Assembly: GCA_036521235.1 (NCBI GenBank) | Contig: DATDIE010000306.1 | Location: 1-51,870 of the forward strand | DNA: 51,870 bases | Reading direction: 5' to 3' | DNA from: Acidimicrobiales bacterium | Lineage (GTDB): Bacteria > Actinomycetota > Acidimicrobiia > Acidimicrobiales > RAAP-2 | Shown: positions 37,763-45,871 of the stretch, in pieces | How the letters are laid out: each line of letters begins with the position of its first letter | Numbering within the stretch: position 1 is the stretch's first letter | Program-made: the position numbers and the translations under genes | The notes under the pieces: model-generated | Seen by the model: only the letters and a program-made list of their open reading frames with translations | The model's database searches: none | Told to the model about the DNA's origin: nothing

Positions 37763-39327
37763 GCGACACCGCCATAAAGACGAAACGCTCCACGCGAGCG
37801 GCCCGGGGCCCCTACGGCCAGGTGGGCAAGATCGTCGACGAGCTCGACGAACGGCTCGGCATCGCCAAAGGCGGACGCGTCTTCCTCGACAAGATCTTCC
37901 CGGACCACTGGTCGTTCATGCTCGGCGAGATCGCCTTGTACTCGTTCGTCGTCATCATCGCGACCGGCATCTTCCTGACGCTCTACTTCGTCCCCTCGGC
38001 CACCCAGGTCCTCTATCACGGGTCGTACGCCCCCCTGCGCGGCCAGCGGGTGTCGGAGGCCTACCAGTCGACGGTCAACATCTCCTTCAGCGTGCGCGGC
38101 GGGCTGCTCATCCGTCAGATGCACCACTGGGCGGCCGACATCTTCATCGGCGCCATCATCGTGCACATGGCCCGGATCTTCTTCACCGGCGCCTTCCGCA
38201 AGCCGCGCGAGCTCAACTGGACGATCGGGATCATCATGCTGGTCCTGGCCGTGCTCGAGGGGTTCATCGGCTACTCGCTGCCCGACGACCTGATCTCGGG
38301 TACCGGGCTCCGCATCGGCTACTCCATCGCCGAGTCGCAGCCCTTCATCGGCAGCTACATGGTCTCGTTCCTGTGGGGCGGGCAGTTCCCGGGCACCGGG
38401 ATCATCATCCCCCGGTTGTTCATCGTCCACGTCCTGCTCGTCCCGCTCCTCTTGCTCGGTCTGATCGGCGCCCACCTCGCACTGCTCGTGCGCCAGAAGC
38501 ACACGCAATTCGCCGGCGAGGGAAGAACCGAGAACAACGTGGTCGGCTCGCCGATGTTCCCCACCTTCATGGCGAAGACGACGGGGTTCCTCTTCATGGT
38601 GACCGGCCTCACGGCACTGCTCGGTGCGTTCGCCCAGATCAACCCGATCTGGCAGTTCGGCTCCTACGACCCGTCCAAGATCTCGTACGCCGTGCAGCCG
38701 GACTGGTACATGGGCATGCTCGACGGCGCCCTGCGCATCATGCCGTCGTGGGAATTCGCGGGCTGGGGTCATACCGTGCCCCTCGAGGTCTTCCTGCCCG
38801 CGGTCCTGTTCCCGACCCTGCTCATCACGCTGTGGCTCTTGTATCCGGGCTTAGAACGCAGGTTTACCGGTGATCACGAAATGCATAACCTGCTGGACCG
38901 GCCGCGCGACCGCCCCAAGCGCACCGCCGCCGGCGTGGCCATGTTCACGTTCATGTTCGTGTTGTTCGCTGCCAGCTCGACCGACGTGTTGGCCAACTTC
39001 TTCCACGTCTCGCTGAACGTGACCTTGTGGTTCTTCCGGTTTGCCATCTTCGTGATCCCGGCCATCGCCGCCGGCGTCACGTATCAGCTCTGCAAGGAGA
39101 TGCAAGGCGTGCACGGCGTCGGCAAGCGCAAGCGGGCCGTCATCGTGAACCGCTCGACCGACGGCGCGTACTCGACCGTGCCCACGGCGCCCCGGCCCGA
39201 CGACGAGCACGTCGAGCTCGACCCGGAGCCGGTACCCGATCGCATCGACATCGAGCCGTTGGAGGTCAACGGCGAGGTGACCCTGCCTGAGCCGTCGCCC
39301 ACGGGCGTGCGCCAGGTCACGCGCTGA
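37759..39327 (+). CDS. qcrB: Cytochrome bc1 complex cytochrome b subunit
   Basis: The sequence FPDHWSFMLGEIALYSF..RQMHHWAADIF..IVHVLLVP is cytochrome b-like. It has the long C-terminal extension typical of actinobacteria and ATGA overlap with qcrA. Confidence 0.95.
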   Translation: MSDTAIKTKRSTRAARGPYGQVGKIVDELDERLGIAKGGRVFLDKIFPDHWSFMLGEIALYSFVVIIATGIFLTLYFVPSATQVLYHGSYAPLRGQRVSEAYQSTVNISFSVRGGLLIRQMHHWAADIFIGAIIVHMARIFFTGAFRKPRELNWTIGIIMLVLAVLEGFIGYSLPDDLISGTGLRIGYSIAESQPFIGSYMVSFLWGGQFPGTGIIIPRLFIVHVLLVPLLLLGLIGAHLALLVRQKHTQFAGEGRTENNVVGSPMFPTFMAKTTGFLFMVTGLTALLGAFAQINPIWQFGSYDPSKISYAVQPDWYMGMLDGALRIMPSWEFAGWGHTVPLEVFLPAVLFPTLLITLWLLYPGLERRFTGDHEMHNLLDRPRDRPKRTAAGVAMFTFMFVLFAASSTDVLANFFHVSLNVTLWFFRFAIFVIPAIAAGVTYQLCKEMQGVHGVGKRKRAVIVNRSTDGAYSTVPTAPRPDDEHVELDPEPVPDRIDIEPLEVNGEVTLPEPSPTGVRQVTR

Positions 39328-39539
39328 ACCAGCCGGCCGAGCGACCCGGCTCCCGCGACCTCTGGGTCGCCATCGAAACGATCCACGCCGTCACGTACTT
39401 CGACCCGGGGTGTCGCGCCGCGTGGCGTGACGCGGGCCTCCGCGGTTTCTGGGCGGGCTACTTCGCCGGGCGGGCGGCGCCTCTCGGCAAGGTCGGCGCC
39501 GGACCGGTCACGGCGGCCTTCTACAACTTCCACGCCGCG

Positions 39540-40211
39540 ATGGTGGCGAAGGCCGTGCCGGGGTGCTGGGAGGTGGTGGAGCCGCTGACGCTGTGCCGGG
39601 TCCGGGCCATTGCCGCGGCCGAGGCGCTGAACGAGGCCAGCAGCGTCGCGGCGCGGTCGGACCTCGTGGCGGCCCTGCCGCTGCTCCGCCGCGCCGTCGG
39701 GGCCGGCGACGACGCCGGGCGGATGATGGCCGCCGCCAACCGTGGGCTGTGGCCGGCCATCGCAACCGCCCTCGGGACCGGAGGGATGGCCGAGGCGTGG
39801 CAGGCCTGCACGACGCTGCGGGAGCACCGCGGCGACGGGCACGTCACTTCGCTCGTGACGCACGGGATCTCCGGCATCGAGGCCCACGTGTTGGTTGCGG
39901 GCACGAAAGGCGTGCCGGCCGAGATCTTGCGTGACAACCGGGGCTGGAGCGAGGACGACTGGGAAGCGGCGACGGCGAACCTGGCGGCCCGAGGGCTGCT
40001 GCACGCCGACGGGCGCGCCACCGACACCGGCCGCACCCTCCACGCGGCGGTCGAGGAGCAGACGGATCGCCTGGCGGCGTCGCCGTATGCCGCGCTCGGC
40101 GACGCCGCGCTGGCCGACCTGCACGGCGCGCTGCTGGCCTGCGCCCACGACGTGGTGGCCTCGGGCGTGCTGCCGTTCCCCAATCCGATGGGACTGCCCC
40201 GCGCGACCTAG
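39540..40211 (+). CDS. SCO6745-like conserved hypothetical protein (minimal ORF; the coding signal continues upstream to about 39324)
   Basis: The ORF from ATG 39540 reads ..LREHRGDGHV..RGWSEDDWEAA... The same frame is open from 39291 and reads LNQPAERPGSRDLWVAIETIHAVTYFDPGCRAAWRDAGLRGFWAGYFAGRAAPLGKVGAGPVTAAFYNFHAA with high GC3. It contains no ATG, GTG or TTG. Confidence 0.65.
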   Translation: MVAKAVPGCWEVVEPLTLCRVRAIAAAEALNEASSVAARSDLVAALPLLRRAVGAGDDAGRMMAAANRGLWPAIATALGTGGMAEAWQACTTLREHRGDGHVTSLVTHGISGIEAHVLVAGTKGVPAEILRDNRGWSEDDWEAATANLAARGLLHADGRATDTGRTLHAAVEEQTDRLAASPYAALGDAALADLHGALLACAHDVVASGVLPFPNPMGLPRAT

Positions 40212-40219
40212 GTGCTCGA

Positions 40220-41098
40220 TCAGCGCGTGGTCGTGGCGGGCCGCGGCGGCGGCCAGCCCGGCACCAGACCCAGCTCCTTGCACAGCAAGCGCGACGACAC
40301 CATTTGACCGGCGTAGGCCTCGGCGGCGGGATCGTCGCCGAGCCACGCCGCAACCGCACCCGCCACGTCGGGCGGCGCAGGCACGTGTCCGGCGCGCACG
40401 AGCACCTGGTCAGTGCCGGACGCACGCATCGATTCCGTGAGCGTGAGCCCGGGCGCAATCGAGAAGGCCAAGATGCCGCGGTCACCGAACTCGACGTGGC
40501 ACATGTCCGTGACCCGGTGGAAGGCGGCCTTGGCGGCGGCGTAGGCCACGCCCCAGCCACCGGCCCCGGCGGGGGCGGGCGGGGTGGTGAACGCAGCCTC
40601 GGACAGCATGTTGACCAGGCGGCCCGAGCCACGCTCGAGCATCTGGGGCAGGAGCAACTGGGTCAGCAGCAGCGGGTGGAGGTAGTCACCCACCAGGCAA
40701 CGCTCGGCCAATTCGAGTGGAAGGTCCAGGATGCGGTCCATGGTCCCAGGCCCCTGGTAGATGGCGTTGTTGACCAGCACGTCCACGCGCCCCCACGTCG
40801 CAAGGGCTTCGTCGGCCACGTGCTCGACCGATGCCCGTTCCAAGAGGTCCATGGGTACCGGCAGGCAGCGGCGGCCGAGCGCCTCGATCGTGGCGGCCGT
40901 CGAGTCGAGGCTTCCCGCGATGGGCACGGGTGCCGATTCGACGAGCGCGCTCGACGCGTGGGCGCGGCCGTCGCCCTCGTGCACGGTGCGTGCCGTGATC
41001 ACGACATCGAAGCCGCGCCGGGCCAGCGCCACGGCCGCACAGCGCCCGATGCCGCGGCTGGCACCGGTGACGAGCGCGACGCGAGGCGGTTCAGGCAT
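40220..41098 (-). CDS. SDR family oxidoreductase
   Basis: It carries VALVTGASRGIGR, NNA and the YAAAKAA (YxxxK) motif. Confidence 0.88.
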   Translation of the reverse strand: MPEPPRVALVTGASRGIGRCAAVALARRGFDVVITARTVHEGDGRAHASSALVESAPVPIAGSLDSTAATIEALGRRCLPVPMDLLERASVEHVADEALATWGRVDVLVNNAIYQGPGTMDRILDLPLELAERCLVGDYLHPLLLTQLLLPQMLERGSGRLVNMLSEAAFTTPPAPAGAGGWGVAYAAAKAAFHRVTDMCHVEFGDRGILAFSIAPGLTLTESMRASGTDQVLVRAGHVPAPPDVAGAVAAWLGDDPAAEAYAGQMVSSRLLCKELGLVPGWPPPRPATTTR

Positions 41099-41105
41099 GG
41101 CGCAC

Positions 41106-41873
41106 CTACATCATCCCGGCGATCTGGTGCCCGCCGTCGACGTTGATGACCTGGCCGTTGATGTACCCCGACGCGTCACTGCAGAGGAAGACGACCACCC
41201 GGGCGATGTCGGCGGGCGTCCCGAGCCGACGCGTGGGGTTGGCGTCGGCCAGGCGCCGTTGCACCTCGTCGGGCACGTTGGTCGCGGCGGTCGCGGTCAA
41301 GATGAAGCCCGGGGCGATGGCGTTGGCGCGGATGCCGTCACGCCCGTAACGGACGGCCAGGTGCCGGGTGAGCTGGTTGAGCGCCGCCTTGGAGACGCCG
41401 TAGGCCACTCGGGTCGACTCTGCGATGGTCCCGGTGCCCGAGGAGATCGTCACGATGGAGCCGCCGCCGCGCGCCTGCATCGCCGGGATGGCGTGACGGG
41501 CCAGGAGCAAGGCGCCTCGAGTCGTCGTCTCGATCGCCCGCTCCCAGACGCCCAAGTCGACGCCGACGGCGTCCGTGTCGAGTCGAGGGTGGCTCCAGGC
41601 TGCGTTGTGGTCGACGCAATCCACTCCGCCGAACTCGTCGACGGCGCGGGCGACGAAGGCAGCAACCGACTTCTCCTGGCGTACGTCGCACGACATCCCG
41701 AGGGCGCGCCCACCCGCCGTCGTGATGGCGCGCGCGACGTCCTCCGCCGCCTCTTCGTTGACGTCACCCACCGTCACCGTGGCGCCCTCCTCCGCGAGGA
41801 GCAGGGCGGTGGCGCGTCCGATGTCGGATGCACCCCCGCTCAGGAGGACGACCTTGCCGTCCAGCTGATCCAC
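41106..41873 (-). CDS. SDR family oxidoreductase (3-oxoacyl-ACP reductase-like)
   Basis: It carries VVLLSGGASDIGRA, NAA, YGVSKAAL and INGQVINVDGG. Confidence 0.88.
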   Translation of the reverse strand: MDQLDGKVVLLSGGASDIGRATALLLAEEGATVTVGDVNEEAAEDVARAITTAGGRALGMSCDVRQEKSVAAFVARAVDEFGGVDCVDHNAAWSHPRLDTDAVGVDLGVWERAIETTTRGALLLARHAIPAMQARGGGSIVTISSGTGTIAESTRVAYGVSKAALNQLTRHLAVRYGRDGIRANAIAPGFILTATAATNVPDEVQRRLADANPTRRLGTPADIARVVVFLCSDASGYINGQVINVDGGHQIAGMM

Positions 41874-41989
41874 GGTCAGGCCTTCACCGGGCGCGAGCCC
41901 CTCGAGAGGGCGCGTCGAACCGCCGGGAAGGACTGATCATGTCGCCATCGTAGGACCAGGCCCCGAGGCGGGCCGGGCCGGCTTCTCCC

Positions 41990-42712
41990 ATGCCGAATTG
42001 GGCGTCGACCTGGGGCGCATGGCACGATCGTGGGGTGCGAGTGCGCCGCAGCTTCGCCTTCATAGACGTCTCCGGGTTCACTGAACTGACCGAGTCCGAG
42101 GGCGACGAGCGTGCCGTCGACGTGCTCACGGCGTTCCGTGCGTTGCTCCGGGATATCTGTGCGCGCCGTGGCGTACGGATCGCCAAATGGCTCGGCGACG
42201 GCGCCATGCTGGTCTGCGTGGACACCCGTCCTCTGCTCGAGACGGTCCTCGAGCTCCACTACGTCGTGACCGAGGTCTCGGGGCCGGTGAAAACGGTGTC
42301 CATCCGCTCGGGCGTCTCGTCGGGCGACGTCATCCTCATGGAGGGCGACGACTACATCGGCCACTGCGTCAACGTGGCGTCCCGCCTGTGTGACCTGGCG
42401 CCGTCCTCGGAGGCGTGGGCGGCGCCGGCCGTCATGGATGACCTGCCAAGTTGGGGTGTCGCCGCGCGCCAGACCCCGGTCAGCCTGCGCGGCGTGGAGA
42501 AGCCGGTGCCGGCCTCGAGCATCCGGATGGCGCTGGCCGGCGAGGACGGCGGGCGCGATCCCATCTGCGGACTTCCGCTCTCCCACGACACCGCCGAGGA
42601 GATCGCGCACGATGTGCGGGGGTCGGTCGTGCTGTTCTGCTCAGCCGGCTGTGTCGACACCTGGCGCCGCCGGCCGAGCTCGAGCCGGGCGGGGGCGACG
42701 GCGGGCGATTAG
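41990..42712 (+). CDS. Class III adenylate/guanylate cyclase domain protein with a C-terminal YHS/TRASH-like metal-binding domain
   Basis: It carries FAFIDVSGFT, AKWLGDGAMLV and GHCVNVASRL (the cyclase metal, Lys, Asn and Arg positions). The C-terminus reads DPICGLPL..VVLFCSAGCVDTW. Alternative GTG starts lie at 42035 and 42041. Confidence 0.75.
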   Translation: MPNWASTWGAWHDRGVRVRRSFAFIDVSGFTELTESEGDERAVDVLTAFRALLRDICARRGVRIAKWLGDGAMLVCVDTRPLLETVLELHYVVTEVSGPVKTVSIRSGVSSGDVILMEGDDYIGHCVNVASRLCDLAPSSEAWAAPAVMDDLPSWGVAARQTPVSLRGVEKPVPASSIRMALAGEDGGRDPICGLPLSHDTAEEIAHDVRGSVVLFCSAGCVDTWRRRPSSSRAGATAGD

Positions 42713-42716
42713 CGCG

Positions 42717-42873
42717 TCAGTCCGGCAGGTGCACGCTGCCGTCGTCTGAGAGCACCCAGCACCGTCCGGCGACATCCCCGACCATCCGAGCGCCTCATCG
42801 AAGGAGCGGGCCCGGCCGGTATCGGCGACCCCGAGGTTGATGAGCGAGGATCCGGTTGTCCATGGGGTCAGTC
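42717..42873 (-). pseudogene. Decayed remnant of a VOC/glyoxalase-family gene
   Basis: The minus strand reads ATG-MDNRILAH in one frame, then LINLGVADTGRARSFDEALGW in a second, then CWVLSDDGSVHLPD* in a third. This implies at least two frameshifts, and only about 50 codons remain. Confidence 0.35.
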
Positions 42874-42898
42874 AATATCCCCAGCCTGCGACGGGTTC

Positions 42899-42940
42899 TC
42901 GACTCGATGGCATGAGCGTACATATAATGTGTTTATGTAC
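42899..42940 (+). promoter_or_regulatory. Promoter plus inverted-repeat operator of the mpaB-like/tetR pair, with a probable leaderless start
   Basis: TCGACT (42899-42904), an 18-nt spacer and a perfect TATAAT (42923-42928). ATG 42935 lies exactly 7 nt after the -10. The inverted repeat GTACATA-N9-TATGTAC (42918-42940) spans the -10 and the start codon. The local sequence is AT-rich in a GC-rich genome. Confidence 0.55.
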
Positions 42941-43843
42941 CATCCAGAGGCGGACTTCAAGGAACCTCCCGACCCCGGTCGCATCGACCTGGGCCCCGAG
43001 TCGCTGCTGTGGCGCTGGGCCGGCGACACGCGCATCGCGTTCATGGGGGCCACGATCGGCCTCCTCCAGCTCATGCACCCGGCGATCGGGGCAGGTGTCT
43101 TGGAGCACTCGGACTTCTTCGGCGATCCCTACGGCCGCGTGTTCCGTTCCCTGCCGCGCATCCTGGGCGCGGTCTACGACGGACGGGAGGCCGATGCCAC
43201 CGGCCGCGAGGTGCGCGATTTCCACCGCACGATCAAAGGGGTGGACGACCACGGGCGGCGCTACCACGCACTCGACCCCGATACGTTCTGGTGGGCGCAC
43301 GCCACGTTCCAGTACATGGTCGAACAGGTGGCCGACCGCTTCGACCGCCATCGCCTGACGCCCGACGAACGCGAGCAGCTGTATCAGGAAGGCATCGAGT
43401 GGTACCGGCGCTACGGCGTGAGCGATCGGTCGGTGCCGGCCGACCGCGCCGCCTTCCAGGAGAAGTGGGACTTCTACTGCGCCGAGGTGCTCGAGCTCAA
43501 CGCCGCCTCCTCGTGGGTGCTCGACTCGCTCCGGAGTTCAGCGCTCTCCGCAGAACCTCTCGTGCCGCCGCAGTTGGCGCTGCTGCGGCCGCTGGCCAAG
43601 ACGACGCTGGCCCGGCATTCGGTCTTCCGGGTGGTGCGGATGTGCGCCTTCGGAGGCCTGCCCCCGGTGGTGCGGGAGCGCTTCGGCATCGAGTGGTCGA
43701 GCGTCGACGCCGTGGCGCTCGACGGCCTCGAGCTCGCCGTGCGCAACGCGTGGCCGATCGTGCCGGCCACGGTGCGTTGGCAGCCGAGAGCGCTCGAGGG
43801 CTGGCAACGGGTGCGGGCGGAGCAACAGACGCAGGCGGCCTGA
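42935..43843 (+). CDS. MpaB/DUF2236 family oxygenase-like protein
   Basis: The sequence LGPESLLWRWAGDTRIAFMGATIGLLQLMHPAIGAGVLEHSDFFGDPYGR..RDFHRTIKG..WAHATF is MpaB-like. The ORF-track start GTG 42929 abuts the TATAAT box, so ATG 42935 is preferred. Confidence 0.8.
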   Translation: MYHPEADFKEPPDPGRIDLGPESLLWRWAGDTRIAFMGATIGLLQLMHPAIGAGVLEHSDFFGDPYGRVFRSLPRILGAVYDGREADATGREVRDFHRTIKGVDDHGRRYHALDPDTFWWAHATFQYMVEQVADRFDRHRLTPDEREQLYQEGIEWYRRYGVSDRSVPADRAAFQEKWDFYCAEVLELNAASSWVLDSLRSSALSAEPLVPPQLALLRPLAKTTLARHSVFRVVRMCAFGGLPPVVRERFGIEWSSVDAVALDGLELAVRNAWPIVPATVRWQPRALEGWQRVRAEQQTQAA

Positions 43844-43845
43844 GC

Positions 43846-44490
43846 GTGCCCCGTCGCAAGGTGACCATCGAGCTCGAGCCGATGCTCGGCGCCTTCGCCA
43901 CGGTCTCGGTGGCCGGGTCGCCCGAGGATCGCATCCTCGACGCCGCGGCCCACCTCATGCGCACCTACGGGTTGAAGCGGTGGAGCATGGAGGACGTCGC
44001 CGAGCAGGCGGCGCTGGGTCGGACGAGCGTGTACCGAGCGTTCTCCACACGGGACGAGCTCGTGCACGCGGTGTTGGCGCGGGAGCTGCGGGCCACGATC
44101 GGCGATATCACCGCTGCCGCGACGACGAGCAGTTCGGTGGAGGACGGCATCATCGAGGGCGCGCTCGTCGGCCTGGCCGCGTTGCGCAGTTCGCTCGTGG
44201 AGCAGTTGCTCCGAACCGACCCGTCGACGATCCTGCCGTTCCTCACGACGAAGGCGGGGCCACTGGTCGCGCTCACGCGTCAACTCCTGGTCACGCAAGC
44301 GCGGGCGGCGGGGGCGACGTTCACGGCCGAACACGCGGACGAGCTGGCCGAGATCGCCGCTCGGCTCGGACTCTCGTTCGTGCTGACGCGGGAGTCGGTC
44401 TTCCCGGTCGACGACGACGAGGCGTTGAGGGCCTCGCTGCGCCGGGTGCTGCGGCCCGTGCTGTCGCCTCTCTTCTCCGCGACGACCTGA
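43846..44490 (+). CDS. TetR/AcrR family transcriptional regulator
   Basis: This is the C-terminal part of ORF 43009..44490. GTG 43846 lies 2 nt after the upstream stop. The helix-turn-helix reads RILDAAAHLMRTYGLKRWSMEDVAEQAALGRTSVYRAFSTRDEL. Confidence 0.82.
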   Translation: MPRRKVTIELEPMLGAFATVSVAGSPEDRILDAAAHLMRTYGLKRWSMEDVAEQAALGRTSVYRAFSTRDELVHAVLARELRATIGDITAAATTSSSVEDGIIEGALVGLAALRSSLVEQLLRTDPSTILPFLTTKAGPLVALTRQLLVTQARAAGATFTAEHADELAEIAARLGLSFVLTRESVFPVDDDEALRASLRRVLRPVLSPLFSATT

Positions 44491-44572
44491 GGGACGCGGC
44501 CGATCAGGCGGAGAAGGTCCGCCCGCCGGTAGCGGCCTGGCAGCTCGGTGCGGTGCGTTCGCCTGCCGGGTA

Positions 44573-44602
44573 TTGACATGTGACTAAAAGGTCACATATA
44601 GT
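44573..44602 (+). promoter_or_regulatory. Near-consensus promoter with an embedded palindromic operator upstream of the ArsR-SRPBCC gene
   Basis: TTGACA (44573-44578), an 18-nt spacer and TATAGT (44597-44602). The perfect inverted repeat ATGTGAC-TAAAAG-GTCACAT (44578-44597) fills the spacer. Confidence 0.6.
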
Positions 44603-44609
44603 GCCGGAA

Positions 44610-45362
44610 GTGGATGAAGTGTTCAGGGCGTTGGCCGACCCCACTCGACGGGAGCTGCTCGACGAGCTGTTCCGGCAGGACGGCCAGACCCTGGGCATGT
44701 TGGAGGAGAAGTTCTCCATGACGCGCTTCGGCGTCATGAAGCACCTGAAGCAGTTGGAAGAAGCGGGCCTCGTCGTCACGCGGCGGAGGGGCCGGGAGAA
44801 GCTCCACTTCCTCAACCCGGTGCCGATCCGACGCGTCCACGACCGCTGGGTCAGCAAGTACTCCGAGCCCTGGGTGGCAGGGCTCAGCGAGATCAAGGAC
44901 AGATTGGAGAGGCAGATGGAGAAGGTGTACGAGATTTTCATCAAGACGACCCCCGAGCGGTTGTGGGAAGCGATCGTCGACCCCGAGATCCGGGCCAAGT
45001 ACAACTTCGGTGGCGCGGTCTACTCGGACTGGAAGGTGGGCTCGCCCATCAGCGTCGACGTGAAGAAGCACGATGTGCATCTCGGAGAGGGCGAGGTGCT
45101 CGAGGTCGACCCGCCGCGGCGACTCGTCCACACCATGGCGTGCATGTGGGACGACGACGTGCGCGCCGAGGGCACGACCCGGGTGACGTGGGAGATCGAG
45201 CCGGTGGGGGACTCGTGCCATCTCACGCTGACGCACGACCAGATGCGCGAGGGCGCCAACTCCCAGATCTTCGGCGGCTGGCCCATGATCCTCTCGGGCC
45301 TCAAGACCTGGCTCGAGTCGGGCGAGTTGCTCACGACGCCCGGATCGCAGATGTACGGGTGA
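44610..45362 (+). CDS. ArsR-family HTH regulator fused to an SRPBCC/AHSA1-like domain
   Basis: The sequence VDEVFRALADPTRRELLDEL..MTRFGVMKHLKQLEEAGLV is ArsR-like. It is followed by IFIKTTPERLWEAIVDPE..GEVLEVDPPRRLVHT (SRPBCC). GTG 44610 fits a leaderless start after the -10. In-frame GTGs at 44580 and 44601 lie inside the promoter. Confidence 0.8.
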   Translation: MDEVFRALADPTRRELLDELFRQDGQTLGMLEEKFSMTRFGVMKHLKQLEEAGLVVTRRRGREKLHFLNPVPIRRVHDRWVSKYSEPWVAGLSEIKDRLERQMEKVYEIFIKTTPERLWEAIVDPEIRAKYNFGGAVYSDWKVGSPISVDVKKHDVHLGEGEVLEVDPPRRLVHTMACMWDDDVRAEGTTRVTWEIEPVGDSCHLTLTHDQMREGANSQIFGGWPMILSGLKTWLESGELLTTPGSQMYG

Positions 45363-45366
45363 GACG

Positions 45367-45786
45367 ATGAGTGAAGGGTCAATGAGCGTGGCTCACGCAG
45401 CCACCAGGATCACCGACGTCGGAAGTGTCGCCGTCCCCGTCTCCGACCACGAGCGTGCGTTGCGGTTCTACACCGAGACGCTCGGCTTCGAGGTTCGCCT
45501 TGACGTGCCGATGAGCGACGGCGGCCGCTGGCTCCAGGTGGCGGCCCCCGGGGGTCGCGTGCCGGTCGCGCTGGTGGCGGCCGGCGAGGGCGGCGGGCTC
45601 GGCGGGGTCGGGGTCGACACGGGTCTCACGTTCGTCACGCCGGACGCCGAGGGCGACCGGGCACGGCTCGCTTGGGCGGGTGCCGACGTAGACGAGTTGC
45701 TGCGCTGGCCGGGAGTCCCGCTCATGTTCATCGTGCGCGATCCCGACGGGAACCGACTCAAGGTCATGGAGCCGGCGCCACGGTGA
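45367..45786 (+). CDS. VOC (glyoxalase/bleomycin-resistance/dioxygenase) family protein
   Basis: It carries VAVPVSDHERALRFYTETLGFEV and FIVRDPDGNRLKV. It starts 4 nt after the ArsR-SRPBCC stop. Confidence 0.82.
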   Translation: MSEGSMSVAHAATRITDVGSVAVPVSDHERALRFYTETLGFEVRLDVPMSDGGRWLQVAAPGGRVPVALVAAGEGGGLGGVGVDTGLTFVTPDAEGDRARLAWAGADVDELLRWPGVPLMFIVRDPDGNRLKVMEPAPR

Positions 45787-45871
45787 GTCGGAGGCGGCTG
45801 GGCGACGCGGGACGGCGGCCCGAGCGAGCCCATCGATCCGGAACAGGGCTAAAGCGAGGCGGGGGCTTGGG

